The translations under genes and the position numbers were made by a program. From contig OZ024755.1 of assembly GCA_964016885.1 (NCBI GenBank), positions 43,772,001 to 43,836,000 of the forward strand: a DNA stretch of 64,000 nt. Reading direction: 5' to 3'. The stretch is from Eledone cirrhosa. Lineage: Eukaryota. A model generated the notes under the pieces. The model saw nothing but the letters and a program-made list of their open reading frames with translations. It made no database searches and was not told the DNA's origin. Positions 1 through 12,700 of this stretch are shown here, piece after piece; position 1 is the stretch's first letter, and every line of letters starts with the position of its first letter.

Positions 1-11
1 TACCAACATAT

Positions 12-26
12 ACTGTGTACCACAGT
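12..26. other. Intra-monomer inverted repeat ACTGTG-TAC-CACAGT (6-bp arms, 3-nt loop); first instance of a motif present in most monomers
   Basis: Seen in sequence: ACTGTG (12-17) is the reverse complement of CACAGT (21-26). Actual folding is not shown. Confidence 0.9.
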
Positions 27-650
27 TGACAGTACCAACGTATACTGTGTATATTACCACAGTTGACAGTACCGACATATACTGTGTCCCACAGTTGACA
101 GTACCAACATATACTGTGTACCACTGTTGACAGTACCAACATATACTGGGTACCGCAGTTAACAGTAGCAACATATACCGTGTACCACAGTTGAGAGTAC
201 CAACATATACTGTGTACCACAGTTGACAGTACCAACATATACTGTGTACCACAGTTGACAGTACCAACATATATGGGTACCATAGTTGACAGTGCCAACA
301 TATACCTTGTACCACAGTTGACAATACCAACATATACTGTGTACCACAGTTGACAGTACCAACATATACTGTGTACCACAGTTGACAGTACCAACGTATA
401 CTGTGTACCACAGTTGACAGTACCAACATATACTGTGTAACACAGTTGACAGTACCAACATATACCGTGTACCACAGTTGACAGTACCAACGTATACTGT
501 GTACCACTGTTGAAAGTACCAACATATACTGTGTACCACAGTTGACAGTACCAACATATACTGTGTACCACAGTTGACAGTACCAACATATACTGTGTAC
601 CACAGTTGACAGTACCAACGTATACTGTATACCACATTTGACAGTACCAA

Positions 651-2861
651 CGTAAACTGTGTACCACAGTTGACAGTACCAACCTATACTGTGTACCACT
701 GGTGACAGTACCAACATATACCGTGTACCACAGTTGACAGTACCAACATATACTGTATACCACTGTTGACAGTACCAACATATACTGTGTACCACAGTTG
801 ACAGTACCAACGTATACTGTGTATATTACCACAGTTGACAGTACCGACATATACTGTGTACCACAGTTGAGAGTACCAACGTATACCGTGTACCACAGTT
901 GACAGTACCAACATACACTGTGTACCACAGTTGAAAGTACCAACGTATACTGTGTACCACAGTTGACAATACCATCATATACTGTGTACCACAGTTGACA
1001 GTACCAACATATACTGTGTAACACAGTTGACAGTACTAACATATACTGTGTACCACAATTGACAGTACCAACGTATACTGTGTACCACAGTTGACAGTAC
1101 TAACGTATACTGTGTACCAAAGTTGGCAATACCAACATATACTGTGTATCACAGTTGACAGTACCAACATATACTGTGTACCACAGTTGACAGTACCAAC
1201 ATATACTGTGTACCACAGTTGACAATACCAGCGTATACTGTGCACCACAGTTGACAGTACCAACATATACCGTGTACCACAGTTGAGCGTACCAACATAT
1301 ACTGTGTACCACAGTTGATAGTACCAACATATACTGTGTACCAAGTTGACAGTACCAACATATACTGTATACCACAGTTGACAGTACCAACGTATACTGT
1401 GTACCACAGTTGACAATACCAACGTATGCTGTGTACCACAGTTGACAATACCAACATATACTGTGTACCACGGTTGACAGTACCAACATATACTGTGTAC
1501 CACAGTTGACAGTTCCAACATATATGGTGTACCACTGTTGACACTACCGACATATACTGTGTAGCACATTTGACAGTACTACCATATACTGTGTACCACA
1601 GTTGCGAGTACCAACATATACTGGGTACCACTGTTGATAGTACCAACATATACTGTGTACCACAGTTGACAGTATCAACATATATTGTGTACCATTATTG
1701 ACAGTACCAACATATACTGTGTACCACAGTTGACAATACCAACATATACTGTGTACCTCAGTTGACAGTACCAACATATACTGTGTACCACAGTTGACAG
1801 TACCAACATATACTGTGTGCCATAGTTGACAGTATCAACGTATATGTGTACCACTGTTGACAGTACTAACATATGCTGTGTACCACAGTTGACAGTACCA
1901 ACATATACTGTGTACCGCAGTTGACAGTACCAACATATCCTGTGTACCTCAGTTGACAGTACCAACATATACTGTGTACCACATTTGACAGTACCAACAT
2001 ATACTGTGTACCACAGGTGACAGTACCAACGTATACTGTGTACCACAGTTGACAGTACCAACATATACTGTGTACCACAGTTGACAGTACCAACATATAC
2101 TGTGTACCACAGTTGACAGTGCTAACATATACCGTGTACCACAGTTGACAGTACCAACATATACTGTGTAGCACAATTGACAGTACCCACATATACTGTG
2201 TACCATAGTTGACAGTACCCACGTATACTGTGTACCACAGTTGACAGTACCAACATATAATATGTACCAAAGTTGTAAGTACCAACGTATACTTTGTACC
2301 ACTGTTGACAGTACCAACATATACTGTGTACCACATTTGACAGTACAAACATATACTGTGTACTACATTTGAGAGTACCAACATATACTGTTTACCACAT
2401 TTGACAGTACCAACATATACTGTGTGGCACAGTTGACAGTACCCACATATACTGGATACCCCAGTTGATAGCACCAACGTATACTGTGTACCACATTTGA
2501 CAGTTCCCACATATACAGGGTACAACAGTTGACAATACCATCATATACTGTGTACCACAGTTGATAGTATCAACATATACTGTGTACCACAGTTGACAGT
2601 ACCAACGTATACTGTGTTCCACAGTTGACAGTACCAACATATACTGTGTAACACAGTTGACAGTACCAACATATACCGTGTACCACAGTTGACAGTACCA
2701 ACGTATACTGTGTACCACTGTTGAAAGTACCAACATATACTGTGTACCACAGTTGACAATACCAACATATACTGTGTACCACAGTTGACAGTACCAACAT
2801 ATACTGTGTACCACAGTTGACAGTACCAACGTATACTGTATACCACATTTGACAGTACCAA
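651..2861. repeat. Representative basic higher-order repeat unit (2,211 bp, ~69 monomers); related units of ~2.1-2.6 kb recur across the window
   Basis: Fixed order of diagnostic variants: CGTAAACTG (651), AACCTATAC..ACTGGTGAC, +5 ATATT monomer (~820), TTGAAAG (931), CAATACCATCAT, CAATACCAGCG, GAGCGTACC, AGTTCC..TATGGTG, TTGCGAG, CAGGTGAC, GTTGTAAG (2272), TGGCACAG, GGATACCCC, ACAGGGTAC, then CGTAAACTG again at 2862. The marker recurs at 5341, and at 31659, 34222, 36695, 39288, 41849 (spacings 2563, 2473, 2593, 2561). Confidence 0.85.
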
Positions 2862-5499
2862 CGTAAACTGTGTACCACAGTTGACAGTACCAACCTATAC
2901 TGTGTACCACTGGTGACAGTACCAACATATACCGTGTACCACAGTTGACAGTACCAACATATACTGTATACCACTGTTGACAGTACCAACATATACTGTG
3001 TACCACAGTTGACAGTACCAACGTATACTGTGTATATTACCACAGTTGACAGTACCGACATATACTGTGTACCACAGTTGAGAGTACCAACGTATACCGT
3101 GTACCACAGTTGAAAGTACCAACGTATACTGTGTACCACAGTTGACAATACCATCATATACTGTGTACCACAGTTGACAGTACCAACATATACTGTGTAC
3201 CACAGTTGACAGTACTAACATATACTGTGTACCACAATTGACAGTACCAACGTATACTGTGTACCACAGTTGACAGTACTAACGTATACTGTGTACCAAA
3301 GTTGACAATACCAACATATACTGTGTATCACAGTTGACAGTACCAACATATACTGTGTACCACAGTTGACAGTACCAACATATACTGTGTACCACAGTTG
3401 ACAATACCAGCGTATACTGTGCACCACAGTTGACAGTACCAACATATACCGTGTACCACAGTTGAGCGTACCAACATATACTGTGTACCACAGTTGATAG
3501 TACCAACATATACTGTGTACCAAGTTGACAGTACCAACATAAACTGTATACCACAGTTGACAGTACCAACGTATACTGTGTACCACAGTTGACAATACCA
3601 ACGTATGCTGTGTACCACAGTTGACAATACCAACATATACTGTGTACCACGGTTGACAGTACCAACATATACTGTGTACCACAGTTGACAGTTCCAACAT
3701 ATATGGTGTACCACTGTTGACACTACCGACATATACTGTGTAGCACATTTGACAGTACTACCATATACTGTGCACCACAGTTGCGAGTACCAACATATAC
3801 TGGGTACCATTGTTGATAGTACCAACATATACTGTGTACCACAGTTGACAGTATCAACATATATTGTGTACCATTATTGACAGTACCAACATATACTGTG
3901 TACCACAGTTGACAATACCAACATATACTGTGTACCACAGTTGACAGTACCAACATATACTGTGTACCACAGTTGACAGTACCAACATACACTGTGTGCC
4001 ATAGTTGACAGTATCAACGTATATGTGTACCACTGTTGACAGTACTAACATATGCTGTGTACCACAGTTGACAGTACCAACATATACTGTGTACCGCAGT
4101 TGACAGTACCAACATATCCTGTGTACCTCAGTTGACAGTACCAACATATACTGTGTACCACAGTTGACAGTACCAACATACTCTGTACCACAGGTGACAG
4201 TACCAACGTATACTGTGTACCACAGTTGACAGTACCAACATATACTGTGTACCACAGTTGACAGTACCAACATATACTGTGTACCACAGTTGACAGTGCT
4301 AACATATACCGTGTACCACAGTTGACAGTACCAACATATACTGTGTAGCACAATTGACAGTACCCACATATACTGTGTACCATAGTTGACAGTACCCACG
4401 TATACTGTGTACCACAGTTGACAGTACCAAAGTTGTAAGTACCAACGTATACTTTGTACCACTGTTGACAGTACCAACATATACTGTGTACCACATTTGA
4501 CAGTACAAACATATACTGTGTACTACATTTGAGAGTACCAACATATACTGTTTACCACATTTGACAGTACCAACATATACTGTGTGGCACAGTTGACAGT
4601 ACCCACATATACTGGATACCCCAGTTGATAGTACCAACGTATACTGTGTACCACATTTGACAGTTCCCACATATACAGGGTACAACAGTTGACAATACCA
4701 TCATATACTGTGTACCACAGTTGATAGTACCAACATATACTGTGTACCACAGTTGACAGTACCAACGTATACTGTGTTCCACAGTTGACAGTACCAACAT
4801 ATACTGTGTACCATAGTTTACAGTGTCAACGTATCTGTGTACCACAGTTGACATTACTAACACATGCTGTGTACCACAGTTGACAGTACCAACATATACT
4901 GTGTACCACAGTTGACAGTACCAACATATACTGTGTACCACAGTTGACTGTACCAACATATACTTTGTACCACAGTTAACAGTACTAACATATACCGTGT
5001 ACCACAGTTGACAATACCAATATATACTGTGTGCCACAGTTGACAGTACCAACATATACTGTGTACCACAGTTGACAGTACCAACGTATACTGTGTACCA
5101 CAGTTGACAGTACCAACATATACTGTGTAACACAGTTGACAGTACCAACATATACCGTGTACCACAGTTGACAGTACCAACGTATACTGTGTACCACAGT
5201 TGAAAGTACCAGCATATACTGTGTACCACAGTTGACAGTACCAACATATACTGTGTACCACAGTTGACAGTACCAACATATACTGTGTACCACAGTTGAC
5301 AGTATTAACGTATACTGTATACCACATTTGACAGTACCAACGTAAACTGTGTACCACAGTTGACAGTACCAAACTATACTGTGTACTACTGGTGACAGTA
5401 CCAACATATACCTTGTACCACAGTTGACAGTACCAACATATACTGTATACCACTGTTGACAGTACCAACATATACTGTGTACCACAGTTGACAGTACCA

Positions 5500-8400
5500 A
5501 CGTATACTGTGTATATTACCACAGTTGACAGTACCAACATATACTGTGTACAGCAGTTAACAGTAGCAACATATACCGTGTACCACAGTTGAGAGTACCA
5601 ACATATACTGTGTACCAGAGTTGACAGTACCAACATATACTGTGTACCACAGTTGACAGTACCAACATATACTGTGTACCATAGTTGACAGTGCCAACAT
5701 ATACAGTGTACCACAGTTGACAATACCAACATATACTGTGTACCACAGTTGACAGTACCAACATATACTGTGTACCACAGTTGATAGTACCAACGTATAC
5801 TGTGTACCACAGTTGACAATACCAACATATATTGTGTACCACAGTTGACAGTACCAACATATATGGTGTACCACTGTTGACACTACCGACATATACTGTG
5901 TAGCACAGTTGACAGTACTAACATATACTGTGTACCACAGTTGAGAGTACCAACATATACTGGGTACCACTTTTGACAGTACCAACATATACTGTGTACC
6001 ACAGTTGACAGTATCAACATATACTGTGTACCACTGTTGACAGTACCAACATATACTGTGTACCACATATGACTACCAACGTATACTGTGTACCACAGTT
6101 GACAGTACCAACATATACTGTCTACCACAGTTGACAGTACCAACATATACTGTGTACCACAGTTGACACTACCAACATATACTGTGTACCACAGTTGACA
6201 GTACCAACATATACTGTGTACCTCAGTTGACAGTACCAACATATACTGTGTACCACAGTTGACAATACCAACATATACTGTCTACCACAGTTGACAGTAC
6301 CAACATATACTGTGTACCACAGTTGACAGTACCAACGTATACTGTGTACCACAGTTGACAGTACCATCATATACTGTGTACCACAGTTGACAGTACCAAC
6401 GTATACTGTGTACCAGAGTTGACAGTACCAACATATAATGTGTACCACAGTTGACAGTACCAACATATACTGTGTACCACAGCTGACACTACCAACATAT
6501 ACTGTGTACCACAGTTGACAGTACCAACGTATACTGTGTACCACTGTTGACAGTACCAACATATACTGTGTACCACAGTTGACAGTACCAACATATACTG
6601 TGTACCACAGTTGACAGTACCAACGTATACTGTGTACCAGAGTTGAGAGTCCCAACATATACTGTGTACCACAGTTGACAGTACCAACATATACTGTGTA
6701 CCACAGCTGACACTACCAACATATACTGTGTACCACAGTTGAGAGTACCAACATATACTGTGTACCACAGTTGACAGTACCAACATGTACCGTCTACCAC
6801 AGTTGATAGTACCAACGTATACTGTGTACCACAGTTGAGAGTACCAACGTATACTGTGTACCACAGTTGATTGTAGCAACGTATACTCTGTACCACAGTT
6901 GACAGTACCAACATATACTGTGTACCACAGTTGACAGTACCAACATATACTGTGTACCACTGTTGACAGTACCAACATATACTGGGTACCGCAGTTAACA
7001 GTAGCAACATATACCGTGTACCACAGTTGAGAGTACCAACATATACTGTGTACCACAGTTGACAGTACCAACATATACTGTGTACCACAGTTGACAGTAC
7101 CAACATATACTGTGTACCATAGTTGACAGTGCCAACATATACTTTGTACCACAGTTGACAATACCAACATATACTGTGTACCACAGTTGACAGTACCAAC
7201 GTATACTGTGTACCACTGTTGAAAGTACCAACATATACTGTGTACCACAGTTGACAGTACCAACATATACTGTGTACCACAGTTGACAGTACCAACATAT
7301 ACTGTGTACCACAGTTGACAGTACCAACGTATACTGTATACCACATTTGACAGTACCAACGTAAACTGTGTACCACAGTTGACAGTACCAACCTATACTG
7401 TGTACCACTGGTGACAGTACCAACATATACCGTGTACCACAGTTGACAGTACCAACATATACTGTATACCACTGTTGACAGTACCAACATATACTGTGTA
7501 CCACAGTTGACAGTACCAACGTATACTGTGTATATTACCACAGTTGACAGTACCGACATATACTGTGTACCACAGTTGAGAGTACCAACGTATACCGTGT
7601 ACCACAGTTGACAGTACCAACATACACTGTGTACCACAGTTGAAAGTACCAACGTATACTGTGTACCACAGTTGACAATACCATCATATACTGTGTACCA
7701 CAGTTGACAGTACCAACATATACTGTGTACCACAGTTGACAGTACCAACATATACTGTGTACCACAGTTGACAATACCAACATATACTGTGTACCACAGT
7801 TGACAGTACCAACATATACTGTGTACCACAGTTGACAGTACCAACATATACTGTGTACCACAGTTGACAGTACCAACATATACTTTGTACCACAGTTGAC
7901 AGTACCAACATATACTGTGTACCACAGTTAACAGTACCAACATATACTGTGTACCACATTTGACAGTACCAACGTATACTGTGTACCACAGTTGACAGTA
8001 CCATCATATACTGTGTACCACAGTTGACAGTACCAACGTATACTGTGTACCAGAGTTGACAGTACCAACATATACTGTGTACCACAGTTGACAGTACCAA
8101 CATATACTGTGTACCACAGCTGACACTACCAACATATACTGTGTACCACAGTTGAGAGTACCAACATATACTGTGTACCACAGTTGACAGTACCAACATG
8201 TACCGTCTACCACAGTTGATAGTACCAACGTATACTGTGTACCACAGTTGAGAGTACCAACGTATACTGTGTACCACAGTTGATTGTAGCAACGTATACT
8301 CTGTACCACAGTTGACAGTACCAACATATACTGTGTACCACAGTTGACAGTACCAACATATACTGTGTACCACTGTTGACAGTACCAACATATACTGGGT
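5500..8400. repeat. Block containing a different variant set (CACATATGACTACC, CAGCTGACACTACC, GTACCGTCTACC, GATTGTAGCAAC), with a local ~1.4-kb duplication
   Basis: GATTGTAGCAAC at 6869 and 8282 (offset 1,413 = 44x32+5). These variants are absent from the 9.7-25.5 kb HORs and reappear at 26-27 kb. Confidence 0.7.
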
Positions 8401-9734
8401 ACCGCAGTTAACAGTAGCAACATATACCGTGTACCACAGTTGAGGGTACCAACATATACTGTGTACCACAGTTGACAGTACCAACATATACTGTGTACCA
8501 CAGTTGACAGTACCAACATATACTGTGTACCATAGTTGACAGTGCCAACATATACTTTGTACCACAGTTGACAATACCAACATATACTGTGTACCACAGT
8601 TGACAGTACCAACATATACTGTGTACCACAGTTGACAGTACCAACGTATACTGTGTACAACAGTTGACAGTACCAACATATACTGTGTAACACAGTTGAC
8701 AGTACCAACATATACCGTGTACCACAGTTGACAGTACCAACGTATACTGTGTACCACTGTTGAAAGTACCAACATATACTGTGTACCACAGTTGACAGTA
8801 CCAACATATACTGTGTACCACAGTTGACAGTACCAACATATACTGTGTACCACAGTTGACAGTACCAACGTATACTGTATACCACATTTGACAGTACCAA
8901 CGTAAACTGTGTACCACAGTTGACAGTACCAACCTATACTGTGTACCACTGGTGACAGTACCAACATATACCGTGTACCACAGTTGACAGTACCAACATA
9001 TACTGTATACCACTGTTGACAGTACCAACATATACTGTGTACCACAGTTGACAGTACCAACGTATACTGTGTATATTACCACAGTTGACAGTACCGACAT
9101 ATACTGTGTACCACAGTTGAGAGTACCAACGTATACCGTGTACCACAGTTGACAGTACCAACATACACTGTGTACCACAGTTGAAAGTACCAACGTATAC
9201 TGTGTACCACAGTTGACAATACCATCATATACTGTGTACCACAGTTGACAGTACCAACATATACTGTGTACCACAGTTGACAGTACTAACATATACTGTG
9301 TACCACAATTGACAGTACCAACGTATACTGTGTACCACAGTTGACAGTACTAACGTATACTGTGTACCAAAGTTGACAATACCAACATATACTGTGTATC
9401 ACAGTTGACAGTACCAACATATACTGTGTACCACAGTTGACAGTACCAACATATACTGTGTACCACAGTTGACAATACCAGCGTATACTGTGCACCACAG
9501 TTGACAGTACCAACATATACCGTGTACCACAGTTGAGCGTACCAACATATACTGTGTACCACAGTTGATAGTACCAACATATACTGTGTACCAAGTTGAC
9601 AGTACCAACATAAACTGTATACCACAGTTGACAGTACCAACGTATACTGTGTACCACAGTTTACAATACCAACGTATGCTGTGTACCACAGTTGATAATA
9701 CCAACATATACTGTGTACCACGGTTGACAGTACC

Positions 9735-12700
9735 AACATATACTGTGTAACACAGTTGACAGTTCCAACATATATGGTGTACCACTGTTGACACTACCGA
9801 CATATACTGTGTACCACAGTTGACAGTACCAACATACACTGTGTGCCATAGTTGACAGTATCAACGTATATGTGTACCACTGTTGACAGTACAAACATAT
9901 GCTGTGTACCACAGTTGACAGTACCAACATATACTGTGTACCGCAGTTGACAGTACCAACATATCCTGTGTACCTCAGTTGACAGTACCAACATATACTG
10001 TGTACCACAGTTGACAGTACCAACATATACTGTGTACCACAGGTGACAGTACCAACGTATACTGTGTACCACAGTTGACAGTACCAACATATACTGTGTA
10101 CCACAGTTGACAGTACCAACATATACTGTGTACCACAGTTGACAGTGCTAACATATACCGTGTACCACAGTTGACAGTACCAACATATACTGTGTAGCAC
10201 AATTGACAGTACCCACATATACTGTGTACCATAGTTGACAGTACCCACGTATACTGTGTACCACAGTTGACAGTACCAACATATAATATGTACCAAAGTT
10301 GTAAGTACCAACGTATACTTTGTACCACTGTTGACAGTACCAACATATACTGTGTACCACATTTGACAATACAAACATATACTGTGTACTACATTTGAGA
10401 GTACCAACATATACTGTTTACCACATTTGACAGTACCAACATATACTGTGTGGCACAGTTGACAGTACCCACATATACTGGATACCCCAGTTGATAGTAC
10501 CAACGTATACTGTGTACCACATTTGACAGTTCCCACATATACAGGGTACAACAGTTGACAATACCATCATATACTGTGTACCACAGTTGATAGTACCAAC
10601 ATATACTGTGTACCACAGTTGACAGTACCAACGTATACTGTGTTCCACAGTTGACAGTACCAACATATACTGTGTACCATAGTTGACAGTGTCAACGTAT
10701 CTGTGTACCACAGTTGACATTACTAACATATGCTGTGTACCACAGTTGACAGTACCAACATATACTGTGTACCACAGTTGACAGTACCAACATATACTGT
10801 GTACCACAGTTGACTGTACCAACATATACTTTGTACCACAGTTAACAGTACTAACATATACCGTGTACCACAGTTGACAATACCAACATATACTGTGTGC
10901 CACAGTTGACAGTACCAACATATACTGTGTACCACAGTTGACAGTACCAACGTATACTGTGTACCACAGTTGACAGTACAAACATATACTGTGTAACACA
11001 GTTGACAGTACCAACATATACCGTGTACCACAGTTGACAGTACCAACGTATACTGTGTACCACAGTTGAAAGTACCAGCATATACTGTGTACCACAGTTG
11101 ACAGTACCAACATATACTGTGTACCACAGTTGACAGTACCAACATATACTGTGTACCACAGTTGACAGTATTAACGTATACTGTATACCACATTTGACAG
11201 TACCAACGTAAACTGTGTACCACAGTTGACAGTACCAACCTATACTGTGTACTACTGGTGACAGTACCAACATATACCTTGTACCACAGTTGACAGTACC
11301 AACATATACTGTATACCACTGTTGACAGTACCAACATATACTGTGTACCACAGTTGACAGTACCAACGTATACTGTGTATATTACCACAGTTGACAGTAC
11401 CGACATATACTGTGTCCCACAGTTGACAGTACCAACATATACTGTGTACCACTGTTGACAGTACCAACATATACTGGGTACCGCAGTTAACAGTAGCAAC
11501 ATATACCGTGTACCACAGTTGAGAGTACCAACATATACTGTGTACCACAGTTGACAGTACCAACATATACTGTGTACCACAGTTGACAGTACCAACATAT
11601 ATGGGTACCATAGTTGACAGTGCCAACATATACCTTGTACCACAGTTGACAATACCAACATATACTGTGTACCACAGTTGACAGTACCAACATATACTGT
11701 GTACCACAGTTGACAGTACCAACGTATACTGTGTACCACAGTTGACAGTACCAACATATACTGTGTACCACAGTTGACAGTACCAACATATACTGTGTAC
11801 CACAGTTGACAGTACCAACATATACTGTGTACCACAGTTGACAGTACCAACGTATACTGTATACCACATTTGACAGTACCAACGTAAACTGTGTACCACA
11901 GTTGACAGTACCAACCTATACTGTGTACCACTGGTGACAGTACCAACATATACCGTGTACCACAGTTGACAGTACCAACATATACTGTATACCACTGTTG
12001 ACAGTACCAACATATACTGTGTACCACAGTTGACAGTACCAACGTATACTGTGTATATTACCACAGTTGACAGTACCGACATATACTGTGTACCACAGTT
12101 GAGAGTACCAACGTATACCGTGTACCACAGTTGACAGTACCAACATACACTGTGTACCACAGTTGAAAGTACCAACGTATACTGTGTACCACAGTTGACA
12201 ATACCATCATATACTGTGTACCACAGTTGACAGTACCAACATATACTGTGTAACACAGTTGACAGTACTAACATATACTGTGTACCACAATTGACAGTAC
12301 CAACGTATACTGTGTACCACAGTTGACAGTACTAACGTATACTGTGTACCAAAGTTGGCAATACCAACATATACTGTGTATCACAGTTGACAGTACCAAC
12401 ATATACTGTGTACCACAGTTGACAGTACCAACATAAACTGTGTACCACAGTTGACAATACCAGCGTATACTGTGCACCACAGTTGACAGTACCAACATAT
12501 ACCGTGTACCACAGTTGAGCGTACCAACATATACTGTGTACCACAGTTGATAGTACCAACATATACTGTGTACCAAGTTGACAGTACCAACATATACTGT
12601 ATACCACAGTTGACAGTACCAACGTATACTGTGTACCACAGTTGACAATACCAACGTATGCTGTGTACCACAGTTGACAATACCAACATATACTGTGTAC

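Larger units (their letters stand above)
1..5500. repeat. Partial additional copy of the ~6.8-kb super-unit (matches ~18040-23490)
   Basis: ORF 159..650 is identical to 18197..18688 (offset 18,038). Rare variants are shared: AGTTGGCAAT (1121, 12354, ~19160) and the 15-bp truncated monomer (4424, 15530, 22400). Confidence 0.75.

Noticed and set aside
26-46. Bacterial sigma70 promoter: perfect TTGACA followed by TATACT
   Set aside because: The spacing is 9 bp (or 41 bp to the next monomer), not 16-18 bp. There is no downstream gene and the context is a satellite.
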